Of a stretch of 64,000 nucleotides of DNA, positions 40,250-50,317 are shown piece after piece (position 1 is the first letter of the stretch; every line of letters begins with the position of its first letter). This stretch comes from Candidatus Latescibacterota bacterium. GTDB taxonomy: Bacteria; Latescibacterota; UBA2968; UBA8231. The DNA is taken from positions 992,001-1,056,000 of the forward strand of contig CBDFJF010000002.1 of assembly GCA_965248265.1 (NCBI GenBank), written 5' to 3'. The translations under genes and the position numbers were made by a program. Below the pieces are notes generated by a model, which was not told where the DNA came from, made no database searches, and was given only the letters and a program-made list of their open reading frames with translations.

Positions 40250-40671
40250 TCCGTGCTGGGGACCATATGCGCGGCAAAGGTCTGGGCAACAATCCGGCCA
40301 TCACGAATGATGAAGGTGTCTGTGCCGAGGGGAAACGCAGGTTCGGAGGACCACACTATGTAGGCGATCTCGCCTTCGGTATCCTGGCGAACCATCTTGA
40401 AGTTTTCCCAGAAGCCGGGCGGCAGAATGTCCGGCAAGATAGTGAAGAAATCCCGAATTTCGGCGGTCCCGCGCATCGGACCATCCGGGGTGTAGAGGAC
40501 CGCGTCTGCCGTATAGTCGGCCATGATCTCGTCCAGATTGCCTTCGCCGACGGATTGCAGATGGTGTTCCAGGACGGCGCTGGCGCTTGCCGAGCTTCCC
40601 GGTTGACCGCAAGTCAACAACAGAATTGCTGGCAGGATGGCGACTAGGGTGAGAATTCGTCTGCGTCTCAT
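40246..40671 (-). CDS. SnoaL/NTF2-like protein with a signal peptide (possible lipoprotein)
   Basis: MRRRRILTL..LLLTCG; VLEHHL..GNLDEIMADY, GTDTFIIRDGRIVAQTF. Confidence 0.75.
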   Translation of the reverse strand: MRRRRILTLVAILPAILLLTCGQPGSSASASAVLEHHLQSVGEGNLDEIMADYTADAVLYTPDGPMRGTAEIRDFFTILPDILPPGFWENFKMVRQDTEGEIAYIVWSSEPAFPLGTDTFIIRDGRIVAQTFAAHMVPSTD

Positions 40672-40705
40672 GGATCCTCTCTTGTTGTGAATGTCCATTG
40701 CGTGA

Positions 40706-41473
40706 TCACGCGCTGACCGTGGCCAGTGTTTCAGCGTACAGCTGCGCGTGGGTGTTGTAGTAGGCCTCATCAATCGTCGAAACGGAGCTGACCACGTCCG
40801 AGCTTGCCCAGTGGGTGGCAAAGCCGCGACGCCAACGATCGGAGTCATTGCGATGCGACGTGTGCAGGGTATGGCTGTGGTGGAGGACGACGGCACCCTT
40901 GCCGGCACAGGCCGGTGCTTCTGATTTCAGGTCGATCAGTTCAGGCGGCGGAATCTTGTTGTGGGGCTCGTCGGGAATCGGTATGTGTTCGAGCACGGGG
41001 CCGCGGTGGGAGCCGTCTATGTAGCGCAGGCAGCCGTTGGTTTCATTCACGTCGTCGAGGGCGATCCAGGCGGTGATGGTCTCGTCACCCGGGTCGCACA
41101 TGAAATAGGCATTGTCCTGATGATAGGGTTTGGCCGAACCGAATCTCGGTGGTTTCATCAGGATCTGGTCGGTTACGAGTCTCGCCGGCTTGCCGATGAC
41201 TCCGTTAACGAGGAAATTCAATCGGGGGTCCAGCTCGAAGCGGCGCAGATCCTCATGCGCGAGAAAAGGGGCGTTCAGCTTTCGCGGTGCAATTTCTCCC
41301 GTTTCCGAACGGTCGGTGACGACGAAGCTGGCCTTTTCCGGCGTGAGTCGCTCCATGCAGATCGTCGTCGCCAATTCAGCGATGGCCTCAGCTTCATCCT
41401 CGGTAAACACGCCTTCGACGACGGTCCAACCACGGCGCCAGAATTCCTCGTACCGTGCGGGATCGAGATCCAT
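40706..41473 (-). CDS. Phytanoyl-CoA dioxygenase (PhyH) family Fe/2OG dioxygenase
   Basis: KPYHQDNAY (HxD), WIALDD..NGCL, HTSHRNDSDRWRR. Confidence 0.9.
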   Translation of the reverse strand: MDLDPARYEEFWRRGWTVVEGVFTEDEAEAIAELATTICMERLTPEKASFVVTDRSETGEIAPRKLNAPFLAHEDLRRFELDPRLNFLVNGVIGKPARLVTDQILMKPPRFGSAKPYHQDNAYFMCDPGDETITAWIALDDVNETNGCLRYIDGSHRGPVLEHIPIPDEPHNKIPPPELIDLKSEAPACAGKGAVVLHHSHTLHTSHRNDSDRWRRGFATHWASSDVVSSVSTIDEAYYNTHAQLYAETLATVSA

Positions 41474-41687
41474 CGATTCGCTCTCTCAGTTCAAGGTCGT
41501 GGGTCGGTGACTCCAGGAGGCAAATTACCGCAGGCACAAACCTCAATGCAACCTTCTCCGGTCATACCCCCTCGATGATTTGACCCCAGGCACGCAAAAG
41601 GCGTCGTTGATCTTCCACACTCTAACACTGTTTTACTACAATTCAATCGAGCTGCGACGCCCGGTGATGTAGTCCACGACGGAGGAA

Positions 41688-42284
41688 ATGATGGCGGATA
41701 TCCATGCGAGCTGGAAGCGGGATTTTGATGTGTACGATCGAATAAAGGAGGTGGGGATCGATTTGGGGGAAAAGTCGGGTACGATCTCGGATCCCAAGGG
41801 AAGGCGTATCTGTTCGCTGACGTTCACGCCGTCCGGTCTGGTGTTTTCATCCGGAACCGGTGGCGGCACGGGGGCCGTGACGAACGACGACGACGACGTC
41901 GAACGGGGTTACGAAGCCGGACGGACAGCCGGTATGAGCCACATCCGCTCCCTGCACTGGGGACTGGATGGCTACGGCACCCTCAATGATGTGTGGTACT
42001 GCGTCAAGTGCATCGGCATGATCAACTCGCATGGTGGCGGCTCCTTCTCCAAGACCCCACGGGTCGTCGACGGGTACACAACTGTCTTCCACGACGTCTT
42101 CGGGGGGCCGTTGTCGCAGTTTGCCCATGACGGAACCGACTCCTCACTGTCGGGATGGCATACCCGCAGCGCTGTTGCCGGTTTTGACCTGCCTGGCCAT
42201 TGCACGATCGAGCCCGAGATGATCTACCAGATCGATCCCGATCTGGCGTTGAGGATCGTGCGCGAGCGCGGACCCCATATTTAG
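41688..42284 (+). CDS. Divergent RidA/YjgF-like protein
   Basis: C-terminal HTRSAVAGFDLPGH.TIEPE resembles the HARSAVG..LP...VE motif of the RidA family; GGAGG RBS. Confidence 0.55.
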   Translation: MMADIHASWKRDFDVYDRIKEVGIDLGEKSGTISDPKGRRICSLTFTPSGLVFSSGTGGGTGAVTNDDDDVERGYEAGRTAGMSHIRSLHWGLDGYGTLNDVWYCVKCIGMINSHGGGSFSKTPRVVDGYTTVFHDVFGGPLSQFAHDGTDSSLSGWHTRSAVAGFDLPGHCTIEPEMIYQIDPDLALRIVRERGPHI

Positions 42285-42356
42285 CGCCCTGTCACGAAAG
42301 TATTCCCCTCCGTATTCGGCGCCCATTTCCAAGCCTACTTCCGTGGAGGGCACTAA
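42281..42356. mobile_element. MITE-like 76-bp element with imperfect terminal inverted repeats
   Basis: Left end TTAGCGCCCTGTCACGAAAGTA; reverse complement of right end TTAGTGCCCTC-CACGGAAGTA. Confidence 0.4.
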
Positions 42357-42389
42357 CGGGGGTTTGAGCGCGGCCTGTTTGTCTTGATA

Positions 42390-42418
42390 TTGACAACTAG
42401 CCGGACGACTAATAGAAC
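42390..42418 (+). promoter_or_regulatory. Sigma70-like promoter
   Basis: TTGACA-17 nt-TAGAAC upstream of the GAF gene. Confidence 0.5.
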
Positions 42419-42441
42419 GAACACCATATCACTGGAGTAAT

Positions 42442-43470
42442 GTGATGGGCCCACCTTGCGTGATCCTCATCGGGTTTGATGCAGCCGTACTCGCATCCCA
42501 GGCAACGCAGGCGGGTTGGCCAGCCTGTGAGATCGTGCGGATGGCGAGCGGTGGCGAGGCCGTCGACCACGTACGCAGGGATACGGACGCCGCGGTGGTC
42601 GTGGCGCGCACAAAGCTGAGCGACATGTCCGGGCTGGAGGCATTGAGTCGAGTCGCCGATGAGGTCCCTGCGGCGCGGCGCATCCTGGCCACGGGGGAGT
42701 TGTCGGAGGATGTCAGGCAAGCGTTGGATGGCGCGAAGGTGCACGCGATCGCACCAGAGGATGAAGAAGCCCTGCTCGCGGCGGCGGTGCGTGACGCTCT
42801 CGAACACAGTGTCCTTGAAGCCAATCTCAGGTCCACCACCACCCAGATGGAGTTGCTCCGCTCCGAGCTCGAGGACCGGGTTACTGAACGCACCGATCAG
42901 CTTGAAATGAAGATCCGCGAGCTGGAAGGCCGCAGTCGCATCGCCCAGCACCTTCTGCGCGTCCACACGATGGATGGAACGCTGGAGGAGGTGCTGAAGG
43001 TGCTTACCCAGACCCTGAGGCTGGAACGGGCGGTCGTCCACCTCGCGCAGGGAAACCAGCTGCATCCGAGCGCGGCCATCCGTCTCCACGACCACGAAGA
43101 GGCGGAAGTCTACGATCCGGGGGAGGTCGAGTCGTCGGCGCTGGTCCGGCAAACACTGGAGGAGGCTCGTTCCAGCCGGCAGAGCCAGAATGTGGTAGAT
43201 CCCCAGACCCCGTTCGTGTCGCCGTTCGCAGTCGTGCCCATCCTGCGTCAGGACGAATTGCTCGGGTTGATCGAGGTCGAGAATTTTCGCAGCCAACGGA
43301 GCATCACCGAGGCGGAGATCGAGGTTCTTTCCAACCTCGCGGTGGAAGTGGCCGTGGCCATACAGGACGTGCGCTATCACGAAAGCTTCGAACGCTGGAA
43401 ACACCAGCTTGAACGGATTCTGACCGAAGTCGAGCGGGTTGACTCGTTTGGCGAAGATCGACCGGTTTGA
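42442..43470 (+). CDS. Pseudo-receiver + coiled coil + GAF domain protein
   Basis: REC-like ASGGEAV..VVARTKLSDMSGLEAL..RILATG lacking the phospho-Asp; LEDRVTERTDQL coil; GAF VVPIL..LLGLIEVEN. Confidence 0.7.
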   Translation: MMGPPCVILIGFDAAVLASQATQAGWPACEIVRMASGGEAVDHVRRDTDAAVVVARTKLSDMSGLEALSRVADEVPAARRILATGELSEDVRQALDGAKVHAIAPEDEEALLAAAVRDALEHSVLEANLRSTTTQMELLRSELEDRVTERTDQLEMKIRELEGRSRIAQHLLRVHTMDGTLEEVLKVLTQTLRLERAVVHLAQGNQLHPSAAIRLHDHEEAEVYDPGEVESSALVRQTLEEARSSRQSQNVVDPQTPFVSPFAVVPILRQDELLGLIEVENFRSQRSITEAEIEVLSNLAVEVAVAIQDVRYHESFERWKHQLERILTEVERVDSFGEDRPV

Positions 43471-43493
43471 GGCAATAGATTCGGTAACCAGCC

Positions 43494-45704
43494 ATGGCTA
43501 CTGACGGCAGGAGAAAGCGAGGCGGCAAGCAGCGGGGGAGTCATGGCGCCAGCCGCCGACGACCCCGAGAGGGGGCTCTCGACAAAGCCTATCTCGAAGC
43601 CCTGAAGGATGTGCAAGGGGAGGAGGGGGCCCTTCCCGAGGCGTCTCCTGAGGCGGGTGGTGCAGAGGGAGCCGGGACCGCAGATCCGGGGGGGCGCAGT
43701 CACTTTGGTGAACAGCAGCAGGCCTGGGTGGTGGTGCAGGCGGCCAAAGACGGCTCCGAAGCACGACTGCTGGAACTCAGCCTGGGCGGCGACCTGACGG
43801 TCAATCTGCAGTCTTTGATGGACGCTCTGCGGGATCTCTACGGTATCACAGCCGGAATTAATGAGGAGTTGCTGGGGCAGCTGTTCGGTCGGGCAACCAA
43901 GGCTCCGGCCAGTGTCGTGCGCGGCAATTTTCCGATCGCTCGATCGGATTCCCCGCAGCAGTCAGTCGAAGAGGAGGTCGAATTCCTATTCGCGCCTGCG
44001 GGTGACATCACCGCGCTGACCTTTCCGCAGTTGACGGCCGCTCTGGGCGAGGATGATCTGCAGAAGGTCGTCAGCCAGGATGTGCTGACCCAGCTGGTGA
44101 CCCCGGAACAGGAGCTGGCCCGGTTGCCGGCTGCAAGTGGAGACACGGCAGTGAACATATACGGCAAGCCGATCACGGCGGAGCCGAGTGAGCCTCCCCT
44201 CGTGGCTGGTGGCAACGCCCGTGTCGCCGCCGGCATCATTATCTCCGAGATATACGGGTACGTCTGCCTGGAAGATGGCCGGCTTTCCGTGCTGTCGCCG
44301 CTCTGGGTTTCCGGTGACAACATGGAGGCTTTCTTTGTCCGTTTCCCGCAAGGTCAAACTCCCCCTCGCCCGCAGTCCGACTGGTTGTTGAAGCTGCTGG
44401 AGATGAGGAGTATCAACAGCGGTATCGACGAACCCGCCGTCGAGAAGCTGTGCCGGCAGGACTTGCCGGCCTCCAAGCGCACGGCGGTGCGCATCGCCAG
44501 TGCCAAAGAGCCCGTCAACGGGAGGGATGCCCGCGTCGACTACGAGTTCGATCCAGTCAAGAAGGCCGGACTGGTACTGGAAGACGGCTCGATCGACCTG
44601 CGGGAGCGCAACGTCAGTATCTCGGTCGCCGCTGGCGATATGCTCGGAGAATTCGTGCCTCGTTCGACGGGAGAGGCCGGGGTCGATCTGTCGGGCAAAG
44701 AGCTTCCGGCCAATGACGGCGCTGAGCGCACCTTCGTGGCCGGTGAGAACGTCCGAGTGGAAGAGGAGGGCGAGGACACTCAGAAGTTCTACGCCGAGAT
44801 AGCCGGCCACGTCGCCATCGACGGAGACACCCTCCATGTGCGCACGGTCTTCGATGTTCGGGGCGACCTGGACTACGACGTCGGCAACCTCGACGTGCCT
44901 GGTGATGTGCACATCAGCGGTTCTGTAAAGCCAGGTTTTGTCGTCAACGCCGGCGGCAGCGTCACGGTCGGAGGCGCTGTTGAGCTCGGCGCTTCCATCC
45001 ACGCCAAGGGCGACGTTGCGGTGTCGCAGGGAATCCTCGGCGACACCACCAGGGTGGTCGCCCTCGGAGACGTGGAGACCAAGCATATACAGAATAGCTC
45101 GGTCATGGCCAAGGGCACCATCACGGTCGGCAGCTATATCTTCAATGCCCGCGTCCGGGCCGGTGTCCAGGTTGTCGTCAAGACCGGGGGGGGCGAGCGT
45201 GGGGGCAGCATCGTCGGTGGCGAAGTCATCGCCTCACAGGGGATCCAGGCACGACTCCTGGGATCGTCTTCGACCGACCGCACCGTCGTGGGCATTGGCG
45301 CGAACCCGGAAGATGGCGCTCATCTGGCGCAGCTGGAGAAGTCTCAACAACACGTTTCGTCAGAGACCATGCGTCTTTTGCGTACCCTTGGTGCTGATAC
45401 CGTGGATGTCGAGGAACTCAAGGAACGCATCCGCAAGACGCCTCAGCCGCGGCGTGAGCGGGTGCTGGAGATGATGCGAAAGTTGCAAGAGCTGGAGGGC
45501 AAGAAGAAGGAGATCCTCGAGTCCAGAAGCGAGTTACAGGGACGAGTTGAGGCCGGGCTGTCGAAAGCCAAGATCACGATAACGGAGGCGGTCTACACCG
45601 ATGTCCATTTTCGTTTCGGTGACACGACCCAAATCGTCAACGCGGATCTCGGGCCGAGCGTGTTCCTGTGGTCCAACGGGAAGATCGGCTACCGGCTTCC
45701 GTGA
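43494..45704 (+). CDS. FapA/DUF342 family protein
   Basis: PVNGRDA, GSIDLRE, VRGDLDYDVGNL, beta-helix G-x-V repeats, SIVGG, C-terminal coiled coil. Confidence 0.85.
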   Translation: MATDGRRKRGGKQRGSHGASRRRPREGALDKAYLEALKDVQGEEGALPEASPEAGGAEGAGTADPGGRSHFGEQQQAWVVVQAAKDGSEARLLELSLGGDLTVNLQSLMDALRDLYGITAGINEELLGQLFGRATKAPASVVRGNFPIARSDSPQQSVEEEVEFLFAPAGDITALTFPQLTAALGEDDLQKVVSQDVLTQLVTPEQELARLPAASGDTAVNIYGKPITAEPSEPPLVAGGNARVAAGIIISEIYGYVCLEDGRLSVLSPLWVSGDNMEAFFVRFPQGQTPPRPQSDWLLKLLEMRSINSGIDEPAVEKLCRQDLPASKRTAVRIASAKEPVNGRDARVDYEFDPVKKAGLVLEDGSIDLRERNVSISVAAGDMLGEFVPRSTGEAGVDLSGKELPANDGAERTFVAGENVRVEEEGEDTQKFYAEIAGHVAIDGDTLHVRTVFDVRGDLDYDVGNLDVPGDVHISGSVKPGFVVNAGGSVTVGGAVELGASIHAKGDVAVSQGILGDTTRVVALGDVETKHIQNSSVMAKGTITVGSYIFNARVRAGVQVVVKTGGGERGGSIVGGEVIASQGIQARLLGSSSTDRTVVGIGANPEDGAHLAQLEKSQQHVSSETMRLLRTLGADTVDVEELKERIRKTPQPRRERVLEMMRKLQELEGKKKEILESRSELQGRVEAGLSKAKITITEAVYTDVHFRFGDTTQIVNADLGPSVFLWSNGKIGYRLP

Positions 45705-45754
45705 TCCTGCACTCTATTGACTGATCCACAAAAAGCCCTTCGCTGGCCGACTCC

Positions 45755-46729
45755 ATGATGAAACAAGGCAACGTTGTACCCGACTCGTACATCCGCGTGA
45801 TGCCGGACAAGCTAAATATCTTCGTCCGATCGGCATTTTTGAAGGCCGGTCTGGGTGAAGAGATGGCTCAGCTCATGGCCGATGCCCTGGTAGCGGCAGA
45901 TCTGCGTGGTGTCTTCAGCCATGGTACGAGGATGACGGGGGGCTACGCGCGGAGTTTCATGGACGGTAAACTGAACCCGCGAGCGCAGATCGCAGTTGAG
46001 CGCGAAACGGCGACCATGGTCCATGTCGACGGCGACGGAGGCCTGGGGTACGCACCGTCGTTCAAGGCCGTTGGCATGGCGGTAGAAAAGGCCCGCTGTC
46101 AGGGCCTGGCTGTCGCGACCACCTGCAACCATGGGCATTTCGGGGCGGCCGGTCACTACACCCGAGTGGCAGTGGACGCTGGTTGCATCGGCCTGGCCGT
46201 ATCGTCCCATCATCGAGATTACACCTCCGACACCTCCATACTTCATGCGGGTGGTGCGTCTCCCATCAGCATCGGTGTGCCGGCTGGCGTGCAGCCACCC
46301 CTGGTCATCGACATGGCCACGGCGGGCAAACAGGCGTTGGAGCTGTTCACCGAGATGCAGGGCACTTTCTTCAAGATGCTCGGTTTCAGCCTCGTCTGTC
46401 ACGCGCTGGGTGGGATTGCATCCAGCATGGTATCCCGGGAGGAGTCCGGACCGCGCCAGTGGGAAGGAGTAAATCAGGGCGCTTTCTTCCTCGTCATCGA
46501 TCTCGGGCAGCTGATCGACCCGGAGACCCACCGGCGGCAGATGGATGAGTTTATCGCGGGGTTACGGCAGTTGCAGCCCGCTCCCGGTCTCGATCGCGCC
46601 GATGCTCCGGGTGGGTTGGAGCACGAACATGAGCGCGAATGGGTGCGCGAAGGTATTCCAGTAGGCGAGGAGCATCAGGAAATACTGGAGAAGGCGGGCA
46701 CGGATCTCGGCCTTCCCACCCCCTGGTGA
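45755..46729 (+). CDS. Ldh_2 family (malate/L-lactate/sulfolactate-type) oxidoreductase
   Basis: ADLRGVFSHG, VDGDGGLG, HGHFGAAGHY, VIDMAT. Confidence 0.88.
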   Translation: MMKQGNVVPDSYIRVMPDKLNIFVRSAFLKAGLGEEMAQLMADALVAADLRGVFSHGTRMTGGYARSFMDGKLNPRAQIAVERETATMVHVDGDGGLGYAPSFKAVGMAVEKARCQGLAVATTCNHGHFGAAGHYTRVAVDAGCIGLAVSSHHRDYTSDTSILHAGGASPISIGVPAGVQPPLVIDMATAGKQALELFTEMQGTFFKMLGFSLVCHALGGIASSMVSREESGPRQWEGVNQGAFFLVIDLGQLIDPETHRRQMDEFIAGLRQLQPAPGLDRADAPGGLEHEHEREWVREGIPVGEEHQEILEKAGTDLGLPTPW

Positions 46730-46819
46730 GACCATTTGACGCCATCCGATTTGGCCGTAGCGTTTATCGGAGCCAGGCGAGTCACTGATACTACCCCGAA
46801 ACACGGAGCAGGAGGCTAC

Positions 46820-47491
46820 ATGAAGGTCCTTCTCACAGGCGCAGACCGGCCGCTGGGAGCTCTGGCGGCAACGCGTCTGAGCGAAACTCATCACTTGCGG
46901 CTAACGGGTTCGGCGTCGGCCCTCGAGGGCAAGCTATCGGCGATGGACTACCGAGCGGCCGATCTCAGGGTGCCTGAAGAAGCTGCGCCTCTGATCGAAG
47001 GTATGGATGCGATCGTCCATCTCGATCCCTACGATCCCGCCCCAATCACCGGCGCAGACGCCGAGCAGGAACGACTCGATATTGCCGGACGGGGCACCTA
47101 CGTGCTGCTGCAAGCCGCGAGTCAGGCCGGCATCACGAGGGTCGTCGTCGCCAGTACCATGGCCCTGTTCGACAGCTATTCCGACGATTACGTCATCGAT
47201 GAGACCTGGCAGCCGCGACCGGCTGCGCAGGCCGAATCCCTGGCCCCGATGATGAGTGAGCTCAGCGCGCGGGAATTCGCGCGGCAGGGGGAGCTTTCCA
47301 TTGTCTGTCTCCGTTTTGGCGCCCTATCCGGAACAGAGGGTACCACCGAAGATGATGCTGTGGGCGCGCTGGCAGAAGCGTTGACGATGGAGTTCAATCA
47401 ACCGGGTTACCTCTGGCATCTGTTTCATGTGGTCTCGACCGGCCGCTTCGCCAACCAGGGCAATCCACTTCCACTGAAATCGTTTCACTAG
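46820..47491 (+). CDS. Atypical NAD-dependent epimerase/dehydratase (SDR)
   Basis: MKVLLTGAD..LG, GTYVLLQAA..RVVVAST, CLRFG; no canonical YxxxK; GGAGG RBS. Confidence 0.7.
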   Translation: MKVLLTGADRPLGALAATRLSETHHLRLTGSASALEGKLSAMDYRAADLRVPEEAAPLIEGMDAIVHLDPYDPAPITGADAEQERLDIAGRGTYVLLQAASQAGITRVVVASTMALFDSYSDDYVIDETWQPRPAAQAESLAPMMSELSAREFARQGELSIVCLRFGALSGTEGTTEDDAVGALAEALTMEFNQPGYLWHLFHVVSTGRFANQGNPLPLKSFH

Positions 47492-47496
47492 GCTGA

Positions 47497-48300
47497 TTGA
47501 TGACTGCAATCAACCATGGCAACGTCTGCATCTACGGGGCCGGCGGTCCGGTCGGCACCGTAGCTGCCGACTCACTGCGGGATCATTACACGCTCCGGCT
47601 GACCGACTTGCGAGCGGTTGAAGACATCACGACGCCGCAGAAAGCAGCGGCTCCGAGACCGGTCCCCCCAGAATCGCCACACGAGTGGCGCCAGGTCGAC
47701 ATAACCAACTACCAGCAAGTTCTGGAGGCGGCCAGAGGCATGGACGCGTTGATCAACGTCTCGGTGCTGCGCAGCGAACTGGTCCCGGCCTTCCGGGTGA
47801 ACATGATCGGCGCATACAACGTCATGAAGGCAGCCGTTGAATGTGGAATTACCCGCGTCATTCACACCGGGCCACGTCACATCTCGCTGCGACACGAGGG
47901 TGATTACCGGCATGATTTTGACGTCACAGACGATGCTCCTCTCCATCCTGGCACCGATCTGTACGCCCTGTCAAAATACCTCGGCGGCCAGATTGTCCGG
48001 GTATTCGCAGAGGAACACGGGCTCGAGGTCATCACTTTCCTCTACTGCCACTTCAAGCCCGCGGACGGCGGCGAGGCCGAGGACGGCACTGGTATCTACC
48101 CCTTTTCGACCTCATGGGAGGACACGGGAGAGGCCTTCCGCTACGGTCTGCGAGCGACAAATTTACCAACGCCACACGAAGTTTTTGACATCGTTGCGAC
48201 GTTGCCGCACGGTAAGTTCAGCAACGAGAAGGCACAACGCCTGTTGGGGTGGACACCGAAGCACAACTTCGAACGGCTGTATCGACGTTCCCGCAGCTGA
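47497..48300 (+). CDS. NAD-dependent epimerase/dehydrogenase (uronate dehydrogenase-like SDR)
   Basis: [29 protein letters not shown] (YxxxK). Confidence 0.8.
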   Translation: MMTAINHGNVCIYGAGGPVGTVAADSLRDHYTLRLTDLRAVEDITTPQKAAAPRPVPPESPHEWRQVDITNYQQVLEAARGMDALINVSVLRSELVPAFRVNMIGAYNVMKAAVECGITRVIHTGPRHISLRHEGDYRHDFDVTDDAPLHPGTDLYALSKYLGGQIVRVFAEEHGLEVITFLYCHFKPADGGEAEDGTGIYPFSTSWEDTGEAFRYGLRATNLPTPHEVFDIVATLPHGKFSNEKAQRLLGWTPKHNFERLYRRSRS

Positions 48301-48320
48301 AACCAAACGATAGGTGGGGC

Positions 48321-49238
48321 ATGACAGAATCTGACGCTGCGGAGAGGCGCACGCTGCTGTATTCCCTCTTGGGTGATCTGCCGGACGCAGAACGACCGAT
48401 CGGAGTCGAGAAGGTCTGCGAGGAAGAGGTCGATGGCGAGTACAGGCTGGAGACCCTGGTTCTGGATCTCAATGGCATCGAGGCGGTGCCGGCCTATCTG
48501 GCTACCCCTCTGCACACGACGGGGGGTGTTCCCGCCGTGTTGTATAACCACGCACACGGCGGAGACTACAAACTGGGCAAGAGGGAGTTCACCGTCGGCC
48601 GGCCGGCGCTGCAAAGGCCTGCCTACGCTCAAGAGCTCACGCACCGGGGGTACTGCGCGCTCTGTATTGATCACTGGCTGTTCGGGGAGCGTCGCGGCCG
48701 CACGGAATCCGAGCTGTTCACGCAGATGCTGTGGGAAGGGCGGGTCCTGTGGGGGATGATGGTATACGACAGCCTGCGCACACTGGACTACCTGGCGTCA
48801 CGGCCCGAAGTCGATCCGAATAGGATCGCTACCCTCGGCATCTCGATGGGCAGCACCATGGCGTGGTGGCTTGCCGCCCTGGACACCCGGATCAAGGTCA
48901 CCGTGGATCTGTGCTGCATGACGGATTTTCAAGCGTTGATCGAGAGCCGGGGCTTGGACGGGCACGGTCTCTACTACTACGTGCCTGCTCTCCTCAAACA
49001 TTTCACGACAAGCCAGATCAACCAGCTGATCGCGCCTCGCGCTCATCTGAGTATCGCTGGTAATTACGACGTACTCACGCCACCGGCAGGATTGGATCGC
49101 ATCGACGCACAATTGACCCAGACCTACGACAAGGCTGGCGTCGCGGATCGCTGGAAGCTGCTGCGCTACGAAACCGGTCACTTTGAAACGGCTCACATGC
49201 GTGCCGAGGTGACGAAGTTTCTGTTGAGATTTCTGTAG
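48321..49238 (+). CDS. Alpha/beta hydrolase (dienelactone hydrolase/YtaP-like)
   Basis: YNHAHGG, GISMG nucleophile elbow, IAPR, TGHFET. Confidence 0.85.
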   Translation: MTESDAAERRTLLYSLLGDLPDAERPIGVEKVCEEEVDGEYRLETLVLDLNGIEAVPAYLATPLHTTGGVPAVLYNHAHGGDYKLGKREFTVGRPALQRPAYAQELTHRGYCALCIDHWLFGERRGRTESELFTQMLWEGRVLWGMMVYDSLRTLDYLASRPEVDPNRIATLGISMGSTMAWWLAALDTRIKVTVDLCCMTDFQALIESRGLDGHGLYYYVPALLKHFTTSQINQLIAPRAHLSIAGNYDVLTPPAGLDRIDAQLTQTYDKAGVADRWKLLRYETGHFETAHMRAEVTKFLLRFL

Positions 49239-49252
49239 GAGGTGGATCTCAC

Positions 49253-50317
49253 TTGATTCCGCGAGACGATCCTCTTTTTCCGACCATGGTTATCGGCAGC
49301 CTGCCGCGGCCGGAGTGGGTCGTCGACTTGATCGACGAGCGCACCAGGGGGCGCGTCAGTGAGGCCGAAGCGGACCGATTGCTCGACGACGCTATTCCGT
49401 CAGTCATCCGCATGCAGGAGCGCGCGGGGTTGGACTACATCTCGGACGGTGAGTGGCGCCGCGAGAATTACGCACGCGTTTTCGCCGACAAGGTAGGCGG
49501 TTTCGTGCGCGAGCAGGCAAAGCGTGGTCGACTGACATTGAGCGCCGTCGTCGTCGGTAAGCTCGAAAGACGGGGACCGATCGTCAGCGACGAGGCCGAG
49601 TTTCTGCGGCAGCACACGGATCGCAAGACCATAGTCGCCCTGCCCACTCCGTCCACGATCGCCGACTTGACGTGGCATCCGCAGCGCAGCGCCTCGGTTT
49701 ACCCCACGCGGGAGGCGTTCGCCCGGGCCTGCGTTCCCATCCTGCGGGACGAAATCACAGCTCTGATAGGGCTCGGGGTAAACGCGGTGCAGCTGGATGA
49801 ACCCCTTTTGCATCGCCTGGTCAAGCCAGGGTACTATGACGTAACGGGCCAGCTCGAGGCCACGGTTGATCTTGCGGTGGAAACCGTGAACATGGTGACG
49901 GAAGGTTTTAAGGAGGCATTCATTACTGTCCATCTGTGCCACGCCCACGGGGTCAAGGAACCCGAAACCCCCGTAACTTCTGAACTGATGGGTCGCGCTG
50001 TTCGAGAAATGCGCTCGGATCGCCTGGCGATGGAATTCAACAGCCATGCGGCGCAGGAGCTGCAGGCGCTGACTGATTTTCCGCCGGACAAGCTTCTGGG
50101 ATTGGGCGTAATTCATCCTTCCTGCGACGAAATCGAGACGCCGGAGCTTGTCGTCGAGCGGGCACAGCGAGCATTGGCGTTTATCGACAAGGAAAGATTG
50201 GTATTGAATCCGGACTGTGGACTGTCCACGACGGCGCGCATCGCCGGGGCCGACCGCGCCTATACCAAGCTCGTCGCGATGTGTCAGGGCGCCCAGTTGC
50301 TTCGGCAGATGTTTTGA
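49253..50317 (+). CDS. Cobalamin-independent methionine synthase II family protein (single barrel)
   Basis: IGSLPRP, SDGEWRR, VQLDEP, Zn ligands HLC and NPDCG. Confidence 0.85.
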   Translation: MIPRDDPLFPTMVIGSLPRPEWVVDLIDERTRGRVSEAEADRLLDDAIPSVIRMQERAGLDYISDGEWRRENYARVFADKVGGFVREQAKRGRLTLSAVVVGKLERRGPIVSDEAEFLRQHTDRKTIVALPTPSTIADLTWHPQRSASVYPTREAFARACVPILRDEITALIGLGVNAVQLDEPLLHRLVKPGYYDVTGQLEATVDLAVETVNMVTEGFKEAFITVHLCHAHGVKEPETPVTSELMGRAVREMRSDRLAMEFNSHAAQELQALTDFPPDKLLGLGVIHPSCDEIETPELVVERAQRALAFIDKERLVLNPDCGLSTTARIAGADRAYTKLVAMCQGAQLLRQMF

